Below are positions 9,865-18,189 of a stretch of 64,000 nucleotides of DNA, piece by piece. The notes beneath the pieces are model-generated. The model was not told where the DNA came from, did no database searches, and saw only the letters and a list, made by a program, of their open reading frames with translations. How positions within the stretch are numbered: the stretch's first letter is position 1; each line of letters begins with the position of its first letter. The translations under genes and the position numbers were made by a program. The DNA is from Elusimicrobiota bacterium (GTDB lineage: Bacteria; Elusimicrobiota; Elusimicrobia; UBA1565), in NCBI GenBank assembly GCA_043827405.1, contig JBDRPD010000066.1, positions 1 through 64,000 on the forward strand, in the 5' to 3' direction.

Positions 9865-10896
9865 TCAGCGCCCTAGGCAGTTGGCGGCTTCCCGGAAGCC
9901 CTTTTCGTTGGCCTCGTTGATGGTCTTGACCTGGCCGCGGTAGAAGCTGGCGGCTTCCTTCACTTTCGCCTTGGCGCTGTCGAAGTCCTTCGTCAGCCTG
10001 CCGTTGGCGAACAGCTTTACGGCCCAGCTTCTGTTTTCCTTGTCGACCCGCTTTCTGAAGTCGTTTAGCATCTTATTGAGGTCGCAGTTTTTGTCCTCTA
10101 GGCACCGTTCGAACTCGGCGTAGTCGTGGCCCGCTTGCTCGATACGTTCCCTGTCCTTCTTCAGCCTCTCGTAGAGTTCGGCGTACTGCTGCTGGCTCTT
10201 GACGTTTTTCCAGGCGTTGTAGCTGGCGTCTTTGTACAGGTTGGCGGTGAAGCTGTATGCTTTGTTTTCAGCGGCCTTATGGGCGTCGCGGATGGTCTGC
10301 TCTGAATACTGGAGGGCGTTGGTGCAGGCTGGCGACGGCTGCCAGGTGTCCTCCAATGAGTCCAGGCCGTCGTCTTCCCAGGAGTCCAAGGCGTTGTCCA
10401 CCTTGTCATCCGCCCGCCGCTCCTTTTCGGCCTGGCCCTTGGCGTACTCCTTCGCCGCGAGCTCGCGTTCGAGGCGCTGCTGCTCGGCCGCCATATTCCG
10501 CTCGAACTCCGCGCGCTCCCGCGCCTCTTGCTTGCGGCGCTTCTTATCGGCATCGCCGCCGAACTGGCTTTGGTACCAGCCCATGGTGGTGTTCATGACG
10601 GCCGCACCCCTGGCGGCGTCGCGGGATGCGGCGCCGGAGCCGGATGAGCCGGAGCCGCGGCTTTGGGGCGCCGCGCCGTAGGCCGTGCAGGCTCCGGCGC
10701 TCCAGCCGTAGCGCTCCCTTTCCCAGGTGGCGATGGCTTTCTGGCGGTCGGCGCTGCAGGCGTTCATCGACGCATAGCAGCGGTGGTTGGCGTTTCTGAA
10801 GGCGGCGCTTTTGACGATATAGCTGAAGCAGTAGCTGGCGGCGTGGACCGGCGGGGCGGCGAGGAGTGCGGCGAGTATCGGGCCGAAGCGGCGCAT
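9865..10896 (-). CDS. Secreted hypothetical protein with coiled coil and Cys pairs
   Basis: Signal peptide MRRFGPILAALLAAPPVHA from ATG 10896; TTGCAT-17-TACACT promoter directly upstream. Confidence 0.65.
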   Translation of the reverse strand: MRRFGPILAALLAAPPVHAASYCFSYIVKSAAFRNANHRCYASMNACSADRQKAIATWERERYGWSAGACTAYGAAPQSRGSGSSGSGAASRDAARGAAVMNTTMGWYQSQFGGDADKKRRKQEARERAEFERNMAAEQQRLERELAAKEYAKGQAEKERRADDKVDNALDSWEDDGLDSLEDTWQPSPACTNALQYSEQTIRDAHKAAENKAYSFTANLYKDASYNAWKNVKSQQQYAELYERLKKDRERIEQAGHDYAEFERCLEDKNCDLNKMLNDFRKRVDKENRSWAVKLFANGRLTKDFDSAKAKVKEAASFYRGQVKTINEANEKGFREAANCLGR

Positions 10897-10988
10897 CTTA
10901 CACAGTGTAGCTCCGGAATTTTTGAGATGCAAGTATTTCCCTTGCCGTTTTAGGTAGGATAAAATGCCGGCTGTTTCGGAGGACCGAT

Positions 10989-12518
10989 ATGGCTAGATTC
11001 CTGTTTGTCCCTTTAATCGTATCCCTGGCGACCGCCGCGTTCGCCGCATCGGGCAAGGTCTACTTCGACCAGGCTTTCAAGCATATGATGAAGGGCGAGC
11101 ATCTCGATGCGATCCGGCTCTATCGTAAGGGCTTGGCTCTTGAGCCCGATAGAGAGTTCTATATCGGCTACCTCGGCGATTCGTATATGGAACTCGGTTG
11201 CTACAGCCAAGCCTTGGCGCAGTATGAAAAGCGGCTCAAGCTCGAGACGCATGAGACCATCCTGAGTCAGGTCGGGCATGCGATGACTGCGTTAAAAAGG
11301 TATTCGGAAGCTTTGGAGTATTACCGTAAGGCTGCTATGCTGGATCCGAAGAGCTATTTATATGCGTTTAGGGCGGCCGGGGCGCTCGATCACCTCGGGA
11401 GGAAGGAGGAGGCGCGCAAGGTCCTGGAGGATTTTAAGAAGACCGAAACGGGTGAGTCCAAGGTGGCCTACTACCTCGAACGGATGGATAAGGGGCAGGC
11501 GGTCGACTACTTCGATCCAGACGCCAAAAAGTGTCCCCTTCCAGCCGACGGAACCGTACCCGCAGGGATGTCTTCTGCGAGCGCGATCAAGCCGCCGCCG
11601 GATCAGCTGAAGGCTTCGCCGAAAGACGCGAAGAAGGCCGCCCAGTACTACGAGAAAGGAATGAATATCCGCAAGATCGCGATCAAGAAGAATAAGTGGA
11701 AGAAGAACAGGGACGCGGCCAAATTATTCGGCAAGGCGTTGGCGCTCGATCCCGGCAATACGACGTATCTGCGTATTCATGCGGTCACGCTCGACGACGG
11801 CGCTGAGCCCCAGGCGGCGCGTGATGCTTACGCACGGGCCCTCCCGTACTTTCAGAAGGACTTTTTCTTCCAGCAGTCCGCCGGGAAGAGTTTCCTTGAA
11901 GGGGCAAGGTACAGTTCGAAGGAGCAAAAGGAGAAGTATTCTGCTCTTGCCGCGTCGTGCTATGCGCGCGTGACCACGCTTTCCAAGGCGGGTGAGCAGG
12001 ATTACATCAATCTGGGGGTGGCGTTGGAATGGCAAGGCGAGGATCTTAACGCCTTGGAGGCGTATGAAAAGGCTTATCCTTTGTCCCGGGATCAAAGAAC
12101 CGTCGGCCAGTGGATCGACAAGCTGCGCCGCAAACTCGGGATGTCGACCCGCGCCCAGGACGCGGCCAAGGTCCGTACCGAGAAGAAGGCCGCCGCCGCC
12201 CGCCAGTCTGAAGATGCTTGCCGCCGCGTCAAGGGCTCGGGCAGCGTCTCCGCCGATGCGAGAACACGCGCCAGCCGCGCCAGGGGCTTGATGAAGGCCC
12301 GAAAGTACGATGAGGCCGACGCCATCCTCAAGGACCTGGTAAAGGAAGAGTCCGGCTACGCCAAGGCCCGCTTCTTCTACGCGGTGTTAAACGGCCGCCT
12401 CGAACGCTACGCGAAGGCCATTGAGGAGATGAGGTGCTACCTCATCCTCGAACCCGACGCCAAGAACAAGCAGGTGGCGCAGGACAATATCGACACGTGG
12501 AAGGCCGCGGCCGAATAG
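10989..12518 (+). CDS. Secreted tetratricopeptide-repeat protein
   Basis: Signal peptide ending AAFA; multiple A...Y.KAL.L.P TPR motifs. Confidence 0.8.
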   Translation: MARFLFVPLIVSLATAAFAASGKVYFDQAFKHMMKGEHLDAIRLYRKGLALEPDREFYIGYLGDSYMELGCYSQALAQYEKRLKLETHETILSQVGHAMTALKRYSEALEYYRKAAMLDPKSYLYAFRAAGALDHLGRKEEARKVLEDFKKTETGESKVAYYLERMDKGQAVDYFDPDAKKCPLPADGTVPAGMSSASAIKPPPDQLKASPKDAKKAAQYYEKGMNIRKIAIKKNKWKKNRDAAKLFGKALALDPGNTTYLRIHAVTLDDGAEPQAARDAYARALPYFQKDFFFQQSAGKSFLEGARYSSKEQKEKYSALAASCYARVTTLSKAGEQDYINLGVALEWQGEDLNALEAYEKAYPLSRDQRTVGQWIDKLRRKLGMSTRAQDAAKVRTEKKAAAARQSEDACRRVKGSGSVSADARTRASRARGLMKARKYDEADAILKDLVKEESGYAKARFFYAVLNGRLERYAKAIEEMRCYLILEPDAKNKQVAQDNIDTWKAAAE

Positions 12519-12601
12519 GTCCGCGAGTCTTTCGGGACTCGTCCCGGGACTCGCCTGCCCCCGTCCCCTCCAGACCAAAAGAAACCGGGCTAGAGTCCTG
12601 A

Positions 12602-12640
12602 TTATGAGCCTTGCGAGCTACCAGGCTGATCTACCCCGCA
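12602..12640 (-). tRNA. tRNA-fMet 5' half, copy 3 (probable original chromosomal junction, 1 substitution)
   Basis: 39 nt matching copy 1, ending at CTCATAA; lies 9 nt after the stop of the caspase-family gene. Confidence 0.85.
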
Positions 12641-12649
12641 CTGCCCGAA

Positions 12650-14599
12650 CTAGTAGCGAAGAACCAGGGGCCAATCCAGATGCGGGGAAGCTCCCGCCCG
12701 GGAAGGCATCAGCGTCGGAGTCTGGTCGCGGTTTAATTCCAATGACGCGGTTTCGGAAACATTGGAGCGTACGTACTGGAAGAGTTCAGCCAAGGAAATC
12801 GAACGGTCACGGTTCGTATCGGACGGTCCGCGCATGCCTTTGAGAAGATAATACGTGAACAGGCCGTGCTCCACCTTGTCGTAATCAGAGCTGATCTCTC
12901 TCCCCGAAGAGGCGGTTAGAATCACTAGGTCGTCTCCTTCCGGCGGCGGCATAACCGTAGTCACCAACGGCCTGCCGCCCCGTTTCGTGATGCCTCGTCC
13001 CTGCGTTCCGGAGAAGCAGCTGTCGAGCATCACCACGGTCCGCTTGGCTTTGAGTTTCTTGAGGGAGGAATAGAGGCGCTTGAGGGGGAATAGCTTGGCG
13101 GCAAAATCCGGATGCCCCTCATAGGGGACCAGATAAGCCTCTTTCCCTAGAGGGTCCGGAGCTCCGTGTCCGGCATAGTAAAAGTAAACGTTGGAGTCTT
13201 CCTTTACGCGTCTGACGAGCCAATCTTCAAGGTAGGCTTCCAGGTCGCTTTTCGTCGCCATGTCGTCGGTAAGGAGTTTGATATTGGCTTGAGGAACGCC
13301 CAGCACGTTTTCAAAGTAGCGGGCCACCGTCTCGGCGTCCCGCGTCGCGTACTTAACGGCCGGTATAAACTTTTCCCGATAGCTGCCGATGCCGACGACT
13401 AGCGCCGCATCGTTGGGCCGCGGGGTGCTCCTGCTCTTGGGCGGGATGTCATCTACGCTGATCTCGGAGAGGATGTCCTCCGCGGCCTTTACCGCGCCGG
13501 ATCGCATCGCTACTTTCAGGATCTTGGCCGCGGCCAGGACCTTCTTGTGTCCGACGAGGACCTCTATCCGGAGACTGGCGTCTTCGGCGGGGATATTTTC
13601 GGCCAGCCGCCCGCGAAAAATTACGCTGCCGGAGCCTTTAGGCGGGACGCCCCCGAGCTCCCGGCTGTCGCCGAATGCCGCCGTCAGCTCAGGTGTCCCG
13701 GAAAGTGCGATTCGAACATTCTCCGCGGCGATGCCGCCCTTATTATCAACGAATGCCTTTAGGACCACTTCCTCGCCGGCCTCCAGGATCATATCGCCGT
13801 TCGCATCTTCCAGTTGCGTGCGCAGCGCAAGAACGGGAAATTCGGAGAGTGTCTCCTCCTCCACCGTGACGAGCGGAGGCGGCGCAGGCTCGGCCGCCAC
13901 GGGAATGGGTGCGGGCTCGGGCGGCGCGGGTGGCGGGACCTGCGGCTTCGCCTTCGGCGTGGGGGCGCGGGGCGGTGGAGGCGAGAACTCCGCCCGGAGA
14001 TAGCCCCGGCCGCCGCCGAAAGTAAGACCGGCGAAGCGGGTGGCGAAATGCGCGGTGAACGACTCGTTCGCGAAGTCAAACGAATCAATGCGCATCTCAA
14101 ACTTTACGACATGAGGGACTACGAGCCAGGTACAGTAAAATTTCCCATCAAGCCGAATGTCCGTCGGTGAATGAACCTTGAGTACGGCGGTGCCGTTGGT
14201 GCAGGCATCCGGGATGAAGAGCACGGTCGACCAGGGGCGCAGTGCGAGCTTGATCTCGGATTTCTCCCGGTCGATATACAGTACGTCAGCGATGCGAAGA
14301 GAGGAAATCTTCCCCGGGAGCGGGGGTAGGCTGGTCAGGACCCAGAAGCGCACCCCGCGCCACCCTCGCGTGCGCGTCTTGGGTTTTGAACGGTAAAACT
14401 GAATTTCCGACATCTTATGCGAGCGAAAAAGCTTATAGATGCGGGTTAGGAGCTGCTCCTTGGAGCTCGCTGGCGAGCAGACTCCTTGGTCGCAAAGGGA
14501 GACCTCCGCGACCTTGACATGCTTGATGGAACATCCGGTCAAACAGAGCAGGGCCAGGAGCGGCAGGGCAAAGAAGAGAGGTGCGCGAGAACTCCGCAT
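12650..14599 (-). CDS. Lipoprotein with Pro-rich linker, CARDB-like domain and C-terminal caspase-like (C14) domain
   Basis: Lipobox LTGC after ATG 14599; YYAGHG and LDSCFSG catalytic dyad; HGLFTYYLLKG; QTP. Confidence 0.85.
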   Translation of the reverse strand: MRSSRAPLFFALPLLALLCLTGCSIKHVKVAEVSLCDQGVCSPASSKEQLLTRIYKLFRSHKMSEIQFYRSKPKTRTRGWRGVRFWVLTSLPPLPGKISSLRIADVLYIDREKSEIKLALRPWSTVLFIPDACTNGTAVLKVHSPTDIRLDGKFYCTWLVVPHVVKFEMRIDSFDFANESFTAHFATRFAGLTFGGGRGYLRAEFSPPPPRAPTPKAKPQVPPPAPPEPAPIPVAAEPAPPPLVTVEEETLSEFPVLALRTQLEDANGDMILEAGEEVVLKAFVDNKGGIAAENVRIALSGTPELTAAFGDSRELGGVPPKGSGSVIFRGRLAENIPAEDASLRIEVLVGHKKVLAAAKILKVAMRSGAVKAAEDILSEISVDDIPPKSRSTPRPNDAALVVGIGSYREKFIPAVKYATRDAETVARYFENVLGVPQANIKLLTDDMATKSDLEAYLEDWLVRRVKEDSNVYFYYAGHGAPDPLGKEAYLVPYEGHPDFAAKLFPLKRLYSSLKKLKAKRTVVMLDSCFSGTQGRGITKRGGRPLVTTVMPPPEGDDLVILTASSGREISSDYDKVEHGLFTYYLLKGMRGPSDTNRDRSISLAELFQYVRSNVSETASLELNRDQTPTLMPSRAGASPHLDWPLVLRY

Positions 14600-14696
14600 A
14601 TCAGGATGATACAAATTACTAGAGAAACCGGAATTTTGCGTTAAATCGAAGTTCCATACCCGGCCCAGAATCGCTAGAATAGTCATCTAATCAACC

Positions 14697-15962
14697 ATGG
14701 CCCAGCAACCGCCCAACGTTTTTCAGAACCCCGAGATCGTCAAGCGCCTGCTGTTAACCTTGGGCTGCGTCACGGTCTATATCATCGGCCGCAGCATCCC
14801 GCTCCCCGGCCTGCATCCCGGCTATCTCGCGGCGATACTGTCCGGCGCGTCCGAGACGCCGCTGCGCTCGGTTTCGATCTTCGGGCTCGGCGTCGCCCCG
14901 TACCTGGGCGCCGCGGTGCTGCTTTCGCTGCTGCGCGCGACCGGCCGCATCGAGGCGCTGGCGGGACGGGACGCCGAGGGGCGGCGCGGCATCTACCGGG
15001 CCGCGCGCCTGCTCGCCGCGGTCTTCGCCGTCGGCCATGCGGCGCTGCTGACGATCGGCATAGCGGGCGCGCCGGCCGCGACACTTGAGACGGGCCTGCG
15101 CTTTTTCGTGCCGGCGGCCGCGACGCTTGCCGCCGGGGCGATGCTTGTCCTCTGGCTGGCCGAGGAGATCTCGGAGAATGGGGTCGGCAGCGGCGTGCTG
15201 CTCATGCTTTTTGTCGATATCGCCGCCAAGGCCCCGGGGGGTATCGCGACGCTCAATACGCTCGTCAAAAACGAGGACATCGGGATGCCGGCCGCCCTGG
15301 GGATCGCGGCGCTGGTTCTGCTGGCCCTTTACGCCGCGGTCTTCATCGAATCGGCCCAGCGGAAGATCCCCGTGCAGTACGCCAAGCGCGTCATCGGCCG
15401 GATGATGGTCGGCGGCCAGCAGACGACCGTTCCCGTCAAGGTGAATCCCGCGGGAGTGCTGGCGCTTATCGCCGCGGCGACCGTCGCCGCCTGGCCGGCG
15501 GCGCTGTCCGCGGCGCTGCGCCATCCGGCCTTCTATTTCCCGCTGTTCGCGGCGCTCGTCGTTGTTTTCAGCCGGCTCTATCGGACTTCCGGCGTCGACC
15601 CCCGCGAGCTTACCGGCCAGATCCAGCACAACGGAGGCTTCATCCTCGGCATCCGTTCGGGCGACGCCATGGTCGGGTACTTCTCCCGGCTGCTTGAACG
15701 GCTTTCGCTGAGCAGCGCTATTCCCGTCGCCGCGGTCGCCGTCGTGCCGGCGGCCGCGCTGCGCCTGACCGGTTCCTCGGCGGCGCTCGGCGAGGTCTCG
15801 ATCTATTTGCTGGCGGCGGTGGCGCTCGATTTCGTCGGGCAGGTGCAGGCCCGCGCCATGATGCAGAACCTCGGCGGCAGCCTGCCCAAGCCCGGAAGCA
15901 TGAAAAGCGGCGGCCAGCGTCAGCGGCCGCGTTCGTCGAAGCGCCGCAAGAAGCGGCGATGA
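14697..15962 (+). CDS. secY: Divergent stand-alone SecY paralogue
   Basis: IPLPG, SIFGLGVAPY, WLAEEISENGVGSGV, QRKIPVQYAKR, PVKVNPAGV, GGFILGIRSG; no ribosomal protein genes nearby. Confidence 0.8.
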   Translation: MAQQPPNVFQNPEIVKRLLLTLGCVTVYIIGRSIPLPGLHPGYLAAILSGASETPLRSVSIFGLGVAPYLGAAVLLSLLRATGRIEALAGRDAEGRRGIYRAARLLAAVFAVGHAALLTIGIAGAPAATLETGLRFFVPAAATLAAGAMLVLWLAEEISENGVGSGVLLMLFVDIAAKAPGGIATLNTLVKNEDIGMPAALGIAALVLLALYAAVFIESAQRKIPVQYAKRVIGRMMVGGQQTTVPVKVNPAGVLALIAAATVAAWPAALSAALRHPAFYFPLFAALVVVFSRLYRTSGVDPRELTGQIQHNGGFILGIRSGDAMVGYFSRLLERLSLSSAIPVAAVAVVPAAALRLTGSSAALGEVSIYLLAAVALDFVGQVQARAMMQNLGGSLPKPGSMKSGGQRQRPRSSKRRKKRR

Positions 15963-16142
15963 GCGCCGCGTATTTTTGACGCGCCGGGCGCAATAAGGTA
16001 CTCTGTATACGACATCCGTTTCCTGCCTGCCCCATTCATTACCAAAAGGCGAAAACGCATCACCCTGGACGCGATTGTGCGCCCAATGGATGAAAGCGGG
16101 GATTGACGTTCCCTGAAGGTGCCAGTATCAGCGGAGCAGGTT

Positions 16143-16286
16143 ATGAAAATACAGTGCGAAGCTACCACCCTTGCCTCTACGTATTCGGACGCTCACCGGT
16201 GTTGCATGAAAATAGGGATTAAGAAGGTCGGGAAGAAGCATCTCTGTGTTCATCATCAGAATATGGCGGCTAGAAAGCGGCTATAA
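16143..16286 (+). CDS. 47-aa Cys/His small protein (putative zinc finger)
   Basis: MKIQCEATTLASTYSDAHRCCMKIGIKKVGKKHLCVHHQNMAARKRL; GGAG/AGG RBS upstream; below the ORF-track cutoff. Confidence 0.55.
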   Translation: MKIQCEATTLASTYSDAHRCCMKIGIKKVGKKHLCVHHQNMAARKRL

Positions 16287-16330
16287 ATTTCGTGTATTGA
16301 CGTTCTCCCGCAGTTCATCTATTCTTCCTA

Positions 16331-17251
16331 ATGGCTCGACGAACCATGCCCGTCTGGATGGCGCTTCCTCTGCGGGTGCTGCTGACCGCGCTGGGCTTAT
16401 TCGCCTCCTTCCTGCCGCGTTCCGTCGAGGTATTCTGCGGCCCCTTGCTCGGGCGCCTGGCGCTGTCGTTTGCGGGCAAGCGGCGGCGTACCGCCGAGGA
16501 GAATATCCGCCGCTGTCTCCCCGAACTGAGCGCAGGCGAGCGGCATAAGCTGTTGTGGAAGAACTGCGAGCATTGGGGGATGATCGGTTTTGAGTTTATG
16601 CACCTGTTCTCCCCGCTTCCCGGCCACTTCGCCCGCTACGTGAAGAAGAACTCCGTGCTGCACGACTTCGCGAATTGGCAGAAAGCCCATGCCAAGGGGA
16701 AGGGCGCTATCATTGTGGGCTGCCATGCCGGGAACTGGGAGGTGGCCTCGGCCGCCGGGGCATTGGCGGGAATGCCCTTCATGATCGTCACCCGATCCCT
16801 CACGCCGGAATGGCTGATGAAAAAGATCGAGTCGTCCCGCCTGCAGGCGGGCCTGCGCGCCGTGTATCAGCCGCGCACTTTGCCGGCGCTGCTCCGCGCC
16901 CTGAGGAAGGGGGAGACCGTGGGCTTTGTCATCGACCAATACGCCGCGCCCCCCATGGGCGTTAAAGCGCGCTTCTTCGGCTACAGCGTTGACACCCTCG
17001 GGGCGGTCGGACCGCTGGCGAGCCGCACGGGCGCGGCCGTGGTACCGACGCACAATTTTCGCGACGCGAAAGGCATCTTCCATGTCTACCTGGAGCCGGA
17101 GATCGAGTTCGGCGATGCGAAGGGGGATCAGCGGAAAACCACGCAGCTACTGGCCGACATGGTCGAGAAGCAGGTGAGAAACAACCCGGCGCAATGGCTG
17201 TGGGGCCACCGCCGCTTCAAGAATGTCGATTTCTCCGATCGCCGGACCTGA
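16331..17251 (+). CDS. Lipid A late acyltransferase family (LpxL/HtrB-like)
   Basis: HAGNWE, VIDQ, RFFG and PAQWLWGHRRFK motifs. Confidence 0.88.
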   Translation: MARRTMPVWMALPLRVLLTALGLFASFLPRSVEVFCGPLLGRLALSFAGKRRRTAEENIRRCLPELSAGERHKLLWKNCEHWGMIGFEFMHLFSPLPGHFARYVKKNSVLHDFANWQKAHAKGKGAIIVGCHAGNWEVASAAGALAGMPFMIVTRSLTPEWLMKKIESSRLQAGLRAVYQPRTLPALLRALRKGETVGFVIDQYAAPPMGVKARFFGYSVDTLGAVGPLASRTGAAVVPTHNFRDAKGIFHVYLEPEIEFGDAKGDQRKTTQLLADMVEKQVRNNPAQWLWGHRRFKNVDFSDRRT

Positions 17252-17253
17252 CG

Positions 17254-17955
17254 CTAGGAGGTCGGGGCCGCTGAGCGCCGGGCGAGCCATATTACATGCT
17301 CGTCTCCCGGTTCGTTGGGCGCGATGCTCACGCGTACCTGGCGCACGCCGCGAAATCCTGTCTTTTTGAGGCGCATGTAAAAAGCGGGATCGCGAAACGA
17401 CGACCACACCGTCAGGATGCCGCCGGGCTTAAGCGCCGTATGGGCGGAGTCCAGCCCTTCCTCGGTGTAGAGCCAGTCGTTGCCGCCGCGCGTCAGCCCC
17501 TCCGGCCCATTGTCGACATCGAGCAGGATCACGTCGTATTCCTCGAGCTCCGTCTGCAGCAGCCGCGCGACGTCTGTCCGCTTGACGTCTACGCGCTGGT
17601 CGTCAAGCGGGTGCCCGGCCAAATGCGCCAGCGGGCCGCGGTTCCAGGCGATGACCTCGGGTATTAATTCGGCGACGCTTATGCGTCCGCCTTCGGGAAG
17701 GCAGCGCAGCGCGGCGGCCAGGGTGTAGCCCATGCCGAGACCGCCGATCAGAACATGCGGCCGCGGGTTGAGCGCCGGGTCCTCAAGCGCCAGGCGCGCG
17801 AGCTCATCTTCGGACTCATGCGCGTGGCTGCTCATGAGTTCGGTGTTTTCGATCCAGATGGAAAACTGCTCGCCGAGCTGGTACAGCGTCAGCTTGCCGC
17901 CGCCGCTGGGCACGCGCGTGGCCGCAACGATATCCCAATCGGACATGAATCCCAT
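17254..17955 (-). CDS. Spermidine synthase-like SAM-dependent methyltransferase
   Basis: ELMSS..H.SE, VLIGGLGMGYTL, LLDVDNGP. Confidence 0.8.
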   Translation of the reverse strand: MGFMSDWDIVAATRVPSGGGKLTLYQLGEQFSIWIENTELMSSHAHESEDELARLALEDPALNPRPHVLIGGLGMGYTLAAALRCLPEGGRISVAELIPEVIAWNRGPLAHLAGHPLDDQRVDVKRTDVARLLQTELEEYDVILLDVDNGPEGLTRGGNDWLYTEEGLDSAHTALKPGGILTVWSSFRDPAFYMRLKKTGFRGVRQVRVSIAPNEPGDEHVIWLARRSAAPTS

Positions 17956-18039
17956 TAGGTGACCGCGAAATAAGGGGAAGCCGTGATTTTAAACATGGGC
18001 GACGGTTCGATCTTACAATATGCTCGAACGGAAGCGGTG

Positions 18040-18053
18040 TTGATATTAATCAA
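18040..18053. promoter_or_regulatory. FNR-family binding site
   Basis: Exact TTGAT-ATTA-ATCAA in the intergenic region upstream of the ACAD-fixABCX operon. Confidence 0.7.
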
Positions 18054-18189
18054 TTAATCTTTGATTTTCCCGCTATCCAAATCGTTCCGTCTCTGGCACA
18101 ATCAGATCAAGGCTTGCCGTCCGGGGTAGAAAGAGCGACGTACCGGACGCCGGCTTGAAGATACTCAAATACAAGAGGAGGAGAATGGC

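Larger units (their letters stand above)
8887..12601. mobile_element. Integrase-less island/cassette B between tRNA-fMet fragments
   Basis: Bounded by tRNA halves; CGGGACTCGTnnnGGGACTCGCC at 8998-9020 and at 12533-12555. Confidence 0.7.

Noticed and set aside
6338..12640. The ~39-bp repeats as a CRISPR array or integron attC sites
   Set aside because: They are kilobases apart, match tRNA-fMet, lack the attC R/L-box palindrome, and no cas genes are present
15990..16140. Possible riboswitch/ncRNA between secY and the small ORF
   Set aside because: No convincing match to lysine, SAM or c-di-GMP consensus by eye; an Infernal/Rfam search would be needed
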